A stretch of 63,566 nt of DNA, counting the filler, from Stramenopiles sp. TOSAG23-2 (Eukaryota): NCBI GenBank assembly GCA_900128395.1. It is 51 parts of 51 records of this genome, joined end to end, with 100 filler letters (N's around TTAATTAATTAA, not from the genome) between each part and the next. Parts side by side here need not be neighbours in the genome. Positions count along the whole stretch, not along the records: positions 36,363 to 37,509 come from LT653604.1; positions 37,610 to 38,756 come from LT653605.1; positions 38,857 to 40,002 come from LT653606.1; positions 40,103 to 41,247 come from LT653607.1; positions 41,348 to 42,491 come from LT653608.1; positions 42,592 to 43,734 come from LT653609.1; positions 43,835 to 44,977 come from LT653610.1; positions 45,078 to 46,219 come from LT653611.1; 43 more parts are not named here. One strand, given 5' to 3'. Below are positions 36,363 through 49,775 of this stretch, piece after piece (positions within the stretch are counted from its first letter, which is position 1; every line of letters begins with the position of its first letter). A program made the translations under genes and the position numbers. The notes under the pieces are model-generated. The model had not been told where the DNA came from. It ran no database searches and saw nothing but the letters and a program-made list of their open reading frames with translations.

Positions 36363-37509
36363 TCACCTTTGCATTATCTGCAAATGCGGAGTCAATGATG
36401 GAAGCATTTACAAAATTTAAAAATACAAAAAGCAATAACGGTGGATTGCCAGGCCATTTGAAAGGGGTAGTGTGTGAACGCTCTGGTTCAAAACCAAAAT
36501 CGATATTTTGTTACAATAAACACGGTGTAAGGTGTTCGCCAGAATTTCTAAATGAAAAGCATACTTGCAAACCATCAGTTCCTAATTGTGCACGACGAGG
36601 TTTTAAACTCGAGCCTGGACAAACGTGTCAAAAATTTCGAATGAAAGATTCTTACAATTCTCGTACCCATGGGCCGTGCAACACTAAAGGGGACATCGCA
36701 AAGATACAATGCCCTCAACCTTGCGGTTGCGTGCTTGAAGGTGAGCCGAAAAGAGAGTCAGATGGCATGATGAGAACGAAAACAATTCCAGTAGGCAATA
36801 GCGGATGCTCGAGTGGAGATACGTGGAACAAGGTTAAGGAAGTAATCCACCGTTGGAATGTTCCACAACGTGCACATAAGGATTTTGAAATGGGTGCTAT
36901 GATGGATAGGGCCACATTTTTAGTTTTCGATTTATTTATTCAACCTGAAGAAAATAGGGCTCGTTACAGCCTTTCACTTGGCGCCGTTCGATGCCATGGT
37001 AATAATATTGAAATAGGGTACATGTATACTGGAATGTGGAAAGTTGATACTATAAATACGTATAGGTGTCATCACAGAGGTGGTCTCACAGGCAGTTGCA
37101 AAGACTCTGGTATTCCACCAGAATCGATTGAGAAAGCACGCGAAGCATTGCAATGGTATGCATGGAAAAACTTGCAAATAAATAGCCGTAGACGCTTAAC
37201 AATGGTTGGCGATAAGCAATTACAAGTTGATAATCAAGAAGAAGAAGAAGAAAGAAAAACAGTTGTTCCAACTCGCCGATCCTTGCGCGGTGACTTTTTT
37301 TCTGTTAACGATGGCGATATTGAGGAAAACGAAGCTGATACAAGGACATTTGTTGATACATTGGATACGATGCAGGATGGATGGTTTAAAGGATTGGATG
37401 GTAAGCTAAAACATTGTCCCATGAAACAATGCACCTCCTGGCAAAAATACTCGTGTGGGTTATCGACAACGTGTGCGTTTTGCACAAGCTGTAGCCGCTG
37501 TGGGTACCG
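36363..37509 (+). CDS. Cys-rich, probably extracellular protein, partial
   Basis: Long open frame with many Cys and RRRL / RRSLRG basic motifs. Confidence 0.6.
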
Positions 37510-37609
37510 NNNNNNNNNNNNNNNNNNNNNNNNNNNNNNNNNNNNNNNNNNNNTTAATTAATTAANNNNNNNNNNNNNNNNNNNNNNNNNNNNNNNNNNN
37601 NNNNNNNNN

Positions 37610-38756
37610 AGTCAGTTCTTTATCGCTGTAACAGTATATATCATCAAGAAATTGCGACCAATTCAGTACCTTTTTTTTTGGTTTTTTGCCTTCATTGTTT
37701 GCATTCCGTGCCCCACACATTAAATGAACCAAAAAAGCTGCAACACCACCACTTTGAGGATACGTTCCACCCCAAATAAGACTCGCTATACGCGGAAGGC
37801 ATTTTTCAAATTCTTCACTTATGGGACGTAACAAATTTTTGTTCTCAAAACATTGTTGTATAGCCTTCAACTTCGGTACCCTTCTCAATTTTAATAATTA
37901 TATACATACAGTGTTAGGAATTTCTTGCATGTAAAAAAATAAAATGTCAGCAAAATACCAATGGCAGAAAATATGAAACTTACCAACATAAAAATTTTGT
38001 AAATAGCGCTTCACCGTTATAACCTTGGCTATTAAAACCTCTCATTTTTTCCTGGTAGTATTGTTGTAATAAAAAAATGCTATCTTCAAGAAATGCTGCA
38101 AATGCATGCATACACTTTGCTTTTTTTTTATTATCAAGCCCATCGTTTAACACAGCTACCATCCACAACTTTGTAAACGTAGCAAATGCCATAGCAAGAT
38201 CATTTGGCTGAGGATTGTTATGATAGCTGTTTGAATAAAGGTTTTTACTAAAGAAATCACTAAACCAACTTTCATGATTTTCCAAATATTGTATTTGCCA
38301 TTCAGTTATCTCATTAAAAAACTCCATANNNNNNNNNNNNNNNNNNNNNNNNNNNNNNNNNNNNNNNNNNNNNNNNNNNNNNNNNNNNNNNNNNNNNNNN
38401 NNNNNNNNNNNNNNNNCTTCCTTTTCCGACTTGTTAGGCCCTAGCAATTTTTCACGTTCACTTTTTAAATCTTTAATCATGCTGTCAAAGTTAGAAGCAT
38501 GATGGGTGATTAAGGGGTGTCTCAACACGTGGTATTTATCCAAAGCCTTACCAAGACAAACCTTGCTATCTGGTGGTGGCGGCGTGACTTCTTCTAGTTC
38601 AAAGACATCAAACAACTTTGCGTATCTCGGTGCAATTGTTTTTAGCTCCTTCAATGAATCTAATTTCATTAGCTTTTCGCAGAATTCTTCATCTGCTTTT
38701 GACAACTTACATTTATCTTCCGAATTACGCATATACGAGCATATCAGTGTATAGTT
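37610..38756 (-). CDS. Unknown protein fragments (37980-38732 and 37610-37888), possibly exons of one gene
   Basis: Two co-oriented ORFs; TGGTAA at the end of the first is compatible with a GT donor; internal N gap. Confidence 0.4.
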
Positions 38757-38856
38757 NNNNNNNNNNNNNNNNNNNNNNNNNNNNNNNNNNNNNNNNNNNN
38801 TTAATTAATTAANNNNNNNNNNNNNNNNNNNNNNNNNNNNNNNNNNNNNNNNNNNN

Positions 38857-40002
38857 ATGGTGATCAGCTGACATTTGAAGACTGTGATTTTGTTATAGGA
38901 ATGAGATTTGTAATGTTATCGCATAAATATTTTACTAATACATATTTATGGATTTTCCTCACATTGCAAAATTTATTGAAGAAATACGACGTTTACCAGC
39001 ACATGATATAGCTAATCATTACCACTTAAATATTAGTACTAATCGCCATCAAAATGATATGGAACATGCTGATCAAGCTGCTAGATATATATAGTGGATC
39101 ACTATGGTTTTGGAATCAGAAAGACCCTATATCCTAAATTCCCACCGATCTATGAGAAAAGAGTTGTATATTTTGAAAATCTTCCACGTTTACCGAAAGA
39201 AGTTATGTGTCTCACAATAGGATGTGAAATTTTGCCTTCCACAGGTCAAAAAATATACAGTTGCCGCAAGTCCCAAGCTATTGCTATGGCTATGGTAAGC
39301 AATGAAGTAGCATTTCAAGTTATAGAAATAGACGTTAATAGTGACGATAACAACGTGTTACAAGGTGGTGGTACGCCAGCATTATATTCTCATGGAAAAT
39401 GGCATTTTAAACTCCCGGACATTTTCAATGAAATACTTGCCCGAAGTCCAAGAAGCAATCTAGAACATGCATTGAACGTTGCAGATATCAACAAAGCTTT
39501 GAATGTTGATGAATTATCCAGAACATTCGATGCATATGCTGGTGCGACTGCGGGTAGCGCAACAGAAATGAAGTACTTTGCTACAATTTGTAATAAATTA
39601 AATTCTGTATCAAGTTCTATGGAGGAAGCGTCAACAGATTATTTATATGGAAATTATTTGAGTTTTGATGATTGTCATTTAGGTCATGTTATTACAAGCT
39701 GGTTCTACCGTATACTTGTGTTGAAGGAAAATGATTTTTACAATAATGAAGAAATTTTCCCTATAGCGTTAAAAACATGGTTGGAACGTTTAAAAGCTTT
39801 GCCTTCCTATAACGCGTCAAGAGGTGCAACGTCATTTGCATATAAATATGACGATATTGATCGTTACGAACAGATGTTGGCTGAAACAGAAGTTTCTCGT
39901 ATGTATGGATATGTAAAGAAGAAACCAAAATTGGAAGAGGAACAGGAGGAGGAAGAGAAAGAAGAAATAATAGAGGTGGTCGAAGAAGAAGAGGTTTATG
40001 TC
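38857..40002 (+). CDS. Tandem GST-fold (DHAR/CLIC-like) protein with two frame breaks in the 5' part
   Basis: GDQLTFEDCDF...DFPHIAKFIEEIRRLPAH (GST-C), then SCRKSQAIAMAM...YLYGNYLSFDDCHL...LKTWLERLKALPSY. Confidence 0.65.
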
Positions 40003-41390
40003 NNNNNNNNNNNNNNNNNNNNNNNNNNNNNNNNNNNNNNNNNNNNTTAATTAATTAANNNNNNNNNNNNNNNNNNNNNNNNNNNNNNNNNNNNNNNNNN
40101 NNATTTACGCCTGGAATAAAATGATTTTAATGCATTCATGGAATCATTACTTTCCCCGCGTTGGGAATAACTACGTGATCGAGATGATGATGATGACATA
40201 ATAATATTATTATTTGATTATTATAGAGTATGGAATATATATAAATAGGTATATATATTCGTTCTTTTCTTTTCGTTTTATTCTATTTTATACTATAATG
40301 TTCAACCAATATAATAACAGAAAAACACTATAAAATGTATAAACAACAATTTATAATCCGTAACAATATTAAAAAATTGTGTGTATGTAGAAAGTTATAT
40401 GACAAATATCTACCTTTCCTTTTCGTTATGCTATTGCTAATACCTTCGCTGATATGTTGATTGGTTGGTTAGTCGATTGATTATTTTATATTTTTTTCTT
40501 TTTGAACAACAACAACAACACATATATTATATAGTATATATAGAGTAAAGTATATATATCTGTACTTTGGTCACTCAAATAGAATGCTCCCGGAGTCCAA
40601 TCTCCACATTTTATAGTCCTCCCTGTGCACCTGCTAATTTACGAGACGTTTGCCAGGTCAAAAACCAAAAAAAATTACAAAAATCAAAAAAATATAGGGC
40701 TTTATCTAGGCTGTTTTTATCCCAATTATCCAAATACCCTTAAACACTCCTTCAATTCCCATATGAAATTTTCATAAATAATCATTCGAGAATCAATATT
40801 CTAATTGTATCTTGTAGCAAGCTGGGCAAGCAACAACTCAATGTAGGTGTTTCTGATATTGATAAAAGTTAAGGATTATATTTATACACTAATGCTTTAC
40901 TTCGATTAGATTAAGTACAAATTGATGTATTCTAGTTGAATCAATAATTAATTTGATACGGATTAATGATATAAAGTCAACTATATATGTTTGTATTCTA
41001 AGGCTTGTGCCGGGCCGGGCTGGGGGCTGGGTTTCTTTTTTTTGGTTTATTATTAATTGATTATATCTATGTACTATATACAACAACAACGTATTTGACG
41101 TCGCTTGTACTTGCTGGCTTGCACACGTCTTAGTATTAGTACAACTCTAAAATATAATTAAAGATAAATTATAAAATTATATAAATTATACTATTCAGAT
41201 TGTGTAGGAGTTAGAACCTACACACTATTTTAGTGACACTCTTCAATNNNNNNNNNNNNNNNNNNNNNNNNNNNNNNNNNNNNNNNNNNNNTTAATTAAT
41301 TAANNNNNNNNNNNNNNNNNNNNNNNNNNNNNNNNNNNNNNNNNNNNCCTACGACCTCTCAAAAGAATAATAGAGTGTTTAAGCCTCCTC

Positions 41391-42045
41391 TCAAACAGAA
41401 GATTTACTGATATCAATTTGAAACAATTCATTGGTTTTATTTTTGGTATTGCTTGGTGCATCAAGCTCATCCCAATCAAGTAATTTTGTAACTTTTTCTC
41501 TTGCAATAATTGTCATAGTCTCAATATCCACTAATGCTGAACGAAATTGATGTATGTAATGAGCTCGTTCATAAAAAATAAACAATTTCTTTTCCTGCAA
41601 CCTTCGATATAATTCACCAACTTCCTTTTTTACTTCTTCAGTAACTTCACTCTTTAAGTCATTTTCAAATGATCTTAAATAACGAACCATGACGCATTTT
41701 TCTCCACGTCTTCGTGTTGTTTTTCCAGTAACACGAGCAGGCCAGTAGACTACTGTACTCACCCCCCTTACTTCCTCCTCGCCTGTTACCAGTACCATAT
41801 CCCCAGGGGAAAATTTATCATCTTCTGCATCATCCTCAAATTCTTTAATTCTTTTTTTTAGGGAAATGTTTTCTTTTTCAAGAGCTATTAATTTTTTTTG
41901 TAGATGTTGTGTTTCATCAACGACATCTGGATGTATCGTTATAAATATATTTCACACCCATAAATAATAATGCAAAGAATGCACCTTGTTTTATAGTTTC
42001 TGCATCACAACAAGGAATCTTTTTCCGTCTATTTGTTCTCGGCAT
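41391..42045 (-). CDS. PWWP/Tudor-like domain protein; predicted intron 41927-41984
   Basis: ATG at 42045; a 58-bp GT..AG intron restores frame; FSPGDMVLV...YWPARV...VMVRYL. Confidence 0.6.
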
Positions 42046-42591
42046 ATTTATTATGTATTTATGTCTGATTGATCTGTAAAAGTTCTGAGAGAAGATGTGT
42101 GTTGTATATTTATAATATAAGCTTATTTCGAACTTAGTATGTATCGATAGAAGTATACAAAAATACGGTATATGATATGATATGATGTGCTGATGTGATT
42201 GCCAGATTGTGTGATGAGCACATGATGTGTCCTACATTTTAATTTGTATCACGATCTAGCCTTATTATGTACTGTATAATAATTTTTATATCATATATCA
42301 ACTCTCCCAATACTGTGTTTATGCTATATCCCAATTCTGTGTCTTTGCCCCGGCAAATCGATCCTCATTTTTCCTGATGCACATATTTAAGATATATACA
42401 GAAAAATAATTAGAAAACCACAAAGATGAAGAGATAAAGATTATACAAGAACAAGAACATATACAAAATAACGATAATAAATTTAACAATANNNNNNNNN
42501 NNNNNNNNNNNNNNNNNNNNNNNNNNNNNNNNNNNTTAATTAATTAANNNNNNNNNNNNNNNNNNNNNNNNNNNNNNNNNNNNNNNNNNNN

Positions 42592-43510
42592 CCCATCTTG
42601 CCATGCTTTCATCATAGACTCTTGCTGGAATACCTGTAAGATGCTCATACGTAAATGCAGCATGTGCAGCTCGAATACCAAGTTGGCAATATGTAATGGT
42701 TGGTTTACTCAAATCTAGTCCAGAACTATTTATTAAGTTGTATAATTTAGTATCTGATTTAAACTTTCGTTTGGAATCTTTTAAATCAACACATTTCATC
42801 CATTCTAAATTTTTGCTTCCAACTACATGTCCTCCACGTTTGTTTCCTTGCTTATCTATTCCGATATATTGCTTCTCCGATCTAGAGTCCCATATTTGAT
42901 CTTTTTCATTTTGGTTTTTATCATTTACAACATCTAGCAATTCTGATGTTTCAATAATGCGTTCTTTTACAGGTTTTGCAGTAAATGTGCCTTTTTCTAT
43001 GTCGGAAACTTTTTTTGATTTCCAAGTTACATGATTTGCCGATTCGATCCAATTATACCAACCACCATTTAAGACACTAACACTTTGCAAACCATAATAT
43101 TTAAATGCCCACCATAAACGGGTTGAAAACAACATAGCGTTATCATCATATACGATTACATGGCTATCATTGTTTACACCTAAAGTTCTAGCAATTGCTT
43201 CAAACGATTCTGCTGGCATTATTTTTGACGGACATTTTGAATCTTTTAAAAATTGCCCCGGTAATTTTGCACTTCCTAGTCTAACCTGTTGTGTGTCGCT
43301 ATAACCTGTTAACGAAGGATCAGATTCCAATGTTTTCACTGGTAAGTGCAAAGCATTGGGAATGTGCCCACGTTTGTAATTTTCAGCAGATGAGCAATCA
43401 ATTAAAATCATGTTGCTGTTATTATTATTAATATTTTTGGATACAAACTGTGTATCAACGAGTATAGACGAGGATCTGGTCAATATGTTTATTACAAATA
43501 ATTGTTTCAT
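42592..43510 (-). CDS. Two-domain rhodanese / 3-mercaptopyruvate sulfurtransferase
   Basis: YKRGHIPNA, LGVNNDSHVIVYD, RLWWAFKYYG, VLNGGWYNW, GGHVVGS, active-site YCQLGIRAA, YDESMARW. Confidence 0.92.
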
Positions 43511-44112
43511 TTTACCTTGGATGTTAATGTCCTTCTTCGTGAATTTATTGTTCCATGCTCGTTTTGTTATTTTTTTTGTAATAAGATGCATTATCATTAA
43601 ATTGTATATCTCAAATAGCAGTAGTTTACTAAAGGCATAAATACTGATTGGTGAAACACATCCACACACAGACACACACAGACACACACACACATGTATA
43701 TATATAATAGTAATATATATGTACAGTATGATACNNNNNNNNNNNNNNNNNNNNNNNNNNNNNNNNNNNNNNNNNNNNTTAATTAATTAANNNNNNNNNN
43801 NNNNNNNNNNNNNNNNNNNNNNNNNNNNNNNNNNCTTGTTAGTGATCAATTATTTCTATATAAATCACGTCCCAATTTTCCATCCATTTTCACTGCTATG
43901 CACCTGCTAATTAATAGCATTGACACAGCAAGGGATACAAGCGTCAAAATGTTTCATAGTGTGTAAGAACTACTGTTGTGTAGGCGTGTAGGCTATCCAT
44001 TTAATAGGAGTCAGTACTTGATACAGTACTATACGTATCTTATTTTATACTTAGCCCTGTGAGCATTTACTCTTAGCACCCACACTACTGCTAGATCTAG
44101 CTCACTGGGCTA

Positions 44113-44977
44113 GAGAGTTATAGCGGCATTTCGCCGCTATGTATTGGATAACAATAGTACAAGGCACAATCAGAGCATACTCCAACGCAATGTATGGAGC
44201 GAAACTTCTGACAAGAGAAACGCATATGTTTATAGTAACAACAGTAAATGCAATAGGTTGGTACGAAGACGTGAAGATATGGAAGCGAGTGAAGATAGAG
44301 CTGGAAAAGCTATCCCAGCTACTGCTTCAACAAAATGGGCTTTCCAGCCGACCGCCAGAGCCACAGCGGATGTTAGCAGTCGACAGTTCAGGGTACGGAA
44401 CTGGAGCATTAGATGTAAAAACGATGGAAGTCCTGTCCCAAATATGGAAGGCAAAGGAACAGAGCCTAAAGAGTTCGAACCTTATATACAACACATGTTG
44501 TACCAACGCAGTTGTTCCAACTGATGTTGTTGAATGGTCAAAATCATTTTATTGATATTTGATCTATATTATATTGCAATGGTGAAAACCAGGCAATAGT
44601 TGTTGTTCATTTTAGTGAATTGAGGGCCATGTGGTCAAGGTTATTCCTGGTTCCGCCTCTTTTCCAATATAAATATATGTAAAATTTCCACCCCATGCTG
44701 CGCAGTTGTTGGCGCGATAATAGTATGGCACTTAATGGAGATCTTACAAGCTTTCATAAAAAACGAAAAATTTAAATAAACCAATACAAAAATAATATAT
44801 AAAACAAGAATTTGTTAAAACAAAAGTTATACGATCAGGATAGGCAATCCAGGCTACAAGTATCCAATACATAGCGGCGAAATGCCGCTATAACTCTCCT
44901 GGAGCCCCAAGGTAGCGTAGCTACCGTAGGGACTCCATAGAGTTATGAGGAGAGACGATATGTATTGGATAACAATA
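44113..44977 (+). mobile_element. DIRS/Ngaro-like retroelement fragment (RNase H N-terminal part) with 38-bp inverted repeat
   Basis: LAVDSSGYGTGA...SQIWKAKEQSLKSSN matches the DIRS RNase H pattern (TDAS..GWGA...W...E....SN); overlapping ORF 44144-44524; 44113-44150 inverts perfectly to 44861-44898. Confidence 0.65.
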
Positions 44978-45623
44978 NNNNNNNNNNNNNNNNNNNNNNN
45001 NNNNNNNNNNNNNNNNNNNNNTTAATTAATTAANNNNNNNNNNNNNNNNNNNNNNNNNNNNNNNNNNNNNNNNNNNNAAAATGTAAATAAAAAATATATT
45101 TATTTTTAAATGCACACATGTTTTGCAACTTTCGTATTGATCTGGGGAAGTGATTATCATATACTCGTACATAATATATATTATTATTTAGGAAAAATAT
45201 GAAAAATTAAAATATCATTTTTTACGTGTGTGGTATGCCTACACTTTTTTATAAAATATTTAATGATGGTTAAAATCTAAGTTATAATAATTTTGCACTT
45301 CTCGTGTTAAAGTAATATGCTCAATTTTATACTCAATCGCAAGAATATCAATTTTATACTCAATCGCAAGAATAATATGCTATCCTACAATAGTAAAGCT
45401 GCAAACATTTTTATATATTTTTAAATATTATTATATTATATATATGATGTGCGAATATTTTAAAAAAATAAAATATATATGATGTGAAAAGTTTTTTTTA
45501 TTACGATATTTTTTTTAAATCTATGATAAGTTTTGTAAAATATGCATATATGGGACTTCTTTTTTTACACGCTATATTTTTTATAAATAAAATAATTACG
45601 TCTTACGAACTTTGTACGAATTC

Positions 45624-45654
<31 letters not shown>

Positions 45655-45778
45655 CTCTATATATTAATATTCCTGGTGTACGAAGTCGTATTATTTTAAC
45701 GACCTCTCTGCTCTCACTTTCTCTCTCCCTCTCTCTCTATGTGTGTGTGTACCCGTATTGCCCACACTACAGATTAAT

Positions 45779-46219
45779 TCACTTCAATGGTGGTGCATTT
45801 ACAGGTAACCATGGTCTCTTCTTTTGCCATGCTGGTGCTTTATAACCAGCATGACCTTTCTTATATGTTTCTGCGTTAATATAGGACAATTTATGCAAAA
45901 CTTTTTTCCGATTTATCTCATGCTGTCTTAAATCTGTTATAGCCTGTATTGCTGTTTGGCGTCCAAATTTTCGTATGCATTGTTCGTCAATTGCATCTCT
46001 CACAGCATGTGTAACCTTAGATACTGGTATCATTTCCTTGCCTAGAACTAAAACTTCAACTCTTGTGTCACATTTTATTGAAAATCTATATTTACCACTG
46101 ATCGGATTTATTATACTACGCTCACCAAAGATGTCACCAGGACAGAGTTTTGTTACAACAATATCGTAATCCTTCCCATCAAATGTTTCGCGATGCAATG
46201 CGACTGCAAGACCACGCCT
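45779..46219 (-). CDS. Cyclic-nucleotide-binding domain protein, C-terminal part
   Basis: VTKLCPGDIFGERSII...YRFSIKCDTRVEVLVLGKE. Confidence 0.8.
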   Translation of the reverse strand, partial: RRGLAVALHRETFDGKDYDIVVTKLCPGDIFGERSIINPISGKYRFSIKCDTRVEVLVLGKEMIPVSKVTHAVRDAIDEQCIRKFGRQTAIQAITDLRQHEINRKKVLHKLSYINAETYKKGHAGYKAPAWQKKRPWLPVNAPPLK

Positions 46220-46319
46220 NNNNNNNNNNNNNNNNNNNNNNNNNNNNNNNNNNNNNNNNNNNNTTAATTAATTAANNNNNNNNNNNNNNNNNNNNNNNNN
46301 NNNNNNNNNNNNNNNNNNN

Positions 46320-47461
46320 CTCCAATAAAACTTTCAATGTTGCTTTTACATCATATTCATTCAAACAAACCAGATGATGTATTTAATAGAGTCAACAAAT
46401 TTACAAAAGATGGACATTTATACAAAGAAAAAGCGGAAGATATGAGATTGCAAGTTTTAAGAAGTCAAAATAAACGTTCATTACCGCCAAAAAATGATGG
46501 GGTAAAAGTAAAAACAGGACTTCTCTGGGGATCAACTGCTGGTTTGCCAGAGGATTATATCAATGCATACAAAGAAGGATGGGTACCGTTTACTACGGTG
46601 ATTGACTCTGCAAGTTATAAGGATAGGGTTACGGTAACACCATTAGCTGCATTTAATATTTCAAGAAGAAAAGACTTTTATAAAATGGGAACATCTGGTT
46701 GGAATCCTGATGATGTAAAAGCAACATTGAAAGTTTTATTGGAGAAATATGAGGAAATCGTTTGCATAACGCTTTCATGGGAAGCCAGTAAAGGTACTGG
46801 AAATGCATTAAATAAAGCAATTGATGATATCGACAGTGAAGATTCTTCAATAAATGCGAGAGGCCGGGTATTTGCATGGCAACATATGGGATTCTTCGCT
46901 CTAGAAGCTGGATGTGTCATGAGAACGCATTGGTTGGCAAACCAAGGTCTTGGTGCAAATGAAATCATTGCAAAATTGAAAGAGTGGCAAGTCCGAAAGG
47001 ATACTTTCTTTTTTGCTTATATCCCTCGATTTACTGCAGTAAGAAAAGGAGGAAGACTAGCTCCAATCGATAAAGGTATTGTGAAAATGGTAATTAATTA
47101 TGCAGAATCAAAAGGTATGGGTGTAGCAAGTGTCGCTGATTGCATTAAACCAGATCCTAAAGCCCCATATGCCGCAAAAGGCCAATCCTTAGGCCTTGGT
47201 ACACCTGAAAAAATGCGAAATGCAGGAGGAAAAATACCTAAAGGTTTAATTAAATTTGCAACAAAAGCTGGTGCACCAGTTTATGATGTTATATTAAATC
47301 ATGCAGCAGCACCACATCATATGGAAGATTTACTTAATGAATTACAAGCAGCACCTAGCTTTAAGATTCGTAACGTATATTTGGCTGAAGTATCTTCATT
47401 GATGGCATCACAAATTGGTCATGACATGCTACAAGGATTCTTTTGGCCAGCAGATGAAATG
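46320..47461 (+). CDS. DegV (FakB-like) domain preceded by the end of a DAK2/FakA-like domain, partial
   Basis: HHIHSNKPDDVF...KEKAEDMRLQ; STAGLP...VPFTTVIDSASYKDRV...GTSGWNP...IVCITLSWEASKGT...RKGGRL...EVSSLMASQIG. Confidence 0.75.
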
Positions 47462-48371
47462 NNNNNNNNNNNNNNNNNNNNNNNNNNNNNNNNNNNNNNN
47501 NNNNNTTAATTAATTAANNNNNNNNNNNNNNNNNNNNNNNNNNNNNNNNNNNNNNNNNNNNTTAAAAATTAAATATGGTACAAAGCCGTAGTCCTATATT
47601 TTAATATAACATACGAATCGTATTACTTGTAAAGTTAAAAATTTATGGGTAAGATTGTTTTGAAAGGAGTTGTATGAAAAGAGAAATGTCGTTGGTAAAA
47701 ACTTTTTATATAAAAATGTGTTTTAAATATAATATATATAAAATATTTGTACAAAGCATAAAATACAAAAGTAAATGTAGTAAAAATGATAAATATGATT
47801 TCGTACTATACCTATTAATTACTCGACTTATTTTAGGGATTAAAAGCGAGTGAAAGTATACAAGATGGATGTCCCTGATTTAACTGAATCGGAGCGTCGT
47901 CGTGCGATGTGTGCATTGATTCGTCAGGTAGTATGAGATATTCATAGTATTATATATTATTATTAATTTATTACATTTCGATTTTTTTTTTGTACTAGGT
48001 ATGGTGAAATGTTGTGTTGCTTGTATTTAAAAAATTAAAAAAAAAAATCAAAGCTTAAACTTTGATTTTTGGTAGGAAATATATGATAAAATAGTATACA
48101 AAATATACTACTGAATATTTTCATCACAACGTGAAATGGCATATGCAGTGGCATAGAGTAGTATAGTTGCTTCACATACTAGTGCACTATGGCCAATATT
48201 AATTGAATTAATTATCTTCGTCAAAAAACAAATAGAATTTTGATAATATATAGCATACGTAGAGGACAAACCTGAAGAAAATATAAAATCACTAACACAC
48301 ATAAACGCAGAAAGTTAATAATATATTTATTTACAAAAAACAATCAAAGATAACTTAATATTACCCCAAAT

Positions 48372-48702
48372 ATGAAGACTACTGAATTAACGACAAATAA
48401 AAGTGAAAAACAACAAATTGAAAATGAAGAAATAGTAACGACAGAGGATAATATCACAACAAATCCATTGGTTGTGCAGGAAAACAATGGTGTCATCGAA
48501 AACAAACAAAAAAAGAAGAAAAAGAAAAAAGGTGGTAGAAAAAAAAAGCTTTCTGCATCAGAAGAAATAGTTAAAAATATGAAATATTCCTTCAGGAAAC
48601 ATGTTGGAATGCTGGGCTTTGATGTTATTATGTTTCAATTTTCTATATGTGGTTGGTATATTTATATTATTTTTGGTTATACACGCTTTCAAAATTTTGA
48701 AA
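48372..48702 (+). CDS. Unknown membrane protein, N-terminal part
   Basis: Lys-rich stretch followed by a hydrophobic segment; open to the contig edge. Confidence 0.4.
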
Positions 48703-48802
48703 NNNNNNNNNNNNNNNNNNNNNNNNNNNNNNNNNNNNNNNNNNNNTTAATTAATTAANNNNNNNNNNNNNNNNNNNNNNNNNNNNNNNNNNNNNNNNNN
48801 NN

Positions 48803-49483
48803 TACACGCATGCGTTGGATTTGTGCACGATGTCGTGAAAACGAACTATCATTTGTAGTACGATGATATGGAATAAATGCACTTGATCGATTGCTATGAT
48901 CTAATAACCATGATTCTGTTTTTTTATCATCGCATTCACCAATTTCATGAAGTACTTTTTTATTTAAACTTTGAATATTGTTTAAATTACTATCAATATT
49001 ATTTTTCAATTTTGCTAAACGTTCTTTACGTCTTATAGCTTTATCACGTTTTATACAATTTTTTTCATTGTTTAATTGTATTGATGTCTTTTCAAAGGAT
49101 ACATTTAAATGATGATTTGCATATTTTAATGCAGTAATAGATGACGTATCTGTATTTAATTTTTTACGTAATTTTTTCAATGATGTTATTTTTTTCTTTC
49201 CTTTTGTTTTATTATTCAGAATGTCATTATTATTAATACTATTTTTATACAATGGCGGCTTCTTTTTGGAATGTAATAACGATGTTGACCTTTTATTATT
49301 CTTATTTATTAAGCTTGTTTGTTTACATGTTGATACATCGTGATCTGTTGCATTACAAAATGTACAATATAATTTTGTTTTCCTTTGTTTGTTTCTTTTC
49401 ATTTGTTTATTATTATTATCATTATTAGCCAATAACATGTTTGGTAATAATATATTCTTATTATTGCGATTTGTTCTATTCAT
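48803..49483 (-). CDS. Low-complexity protein with CCHC zinc knuckle, partial
   Basis: CTFCNATDHDVSTC = C-x2-C-x4-H-x4-C. Confidence 0.6.
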
Positions 49484-49775
49484 GTTTATGTGTTTTACAG
49501 AGTATATACGCAAATGAAACTTTTTAACATAAAATATTAAGATGTAGAGGAGTCTTTGTATAACTAAAACACCAAGAACTTGCAATGTTGTATACGTATT
49601 CAAATGTTGAGATTCTGTTTTCTTGTATATTATGATTTGATTTGTAAATATCAATCAATGTCCACTATCCGGACTACTAATATTTTGACACATGAGGGTA
49701 TATATAATTAGTTCATATTTTAATTTATTTTCTTCATTTCTTCATTTCTTCTGGGTAACGTATAATTATTATTGC

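Noticed and set aside
44861-44977. Fold-back as a hammerhead ribozyme
   Set aside because: No CTGANGA core was found in a suitable position on either strand.
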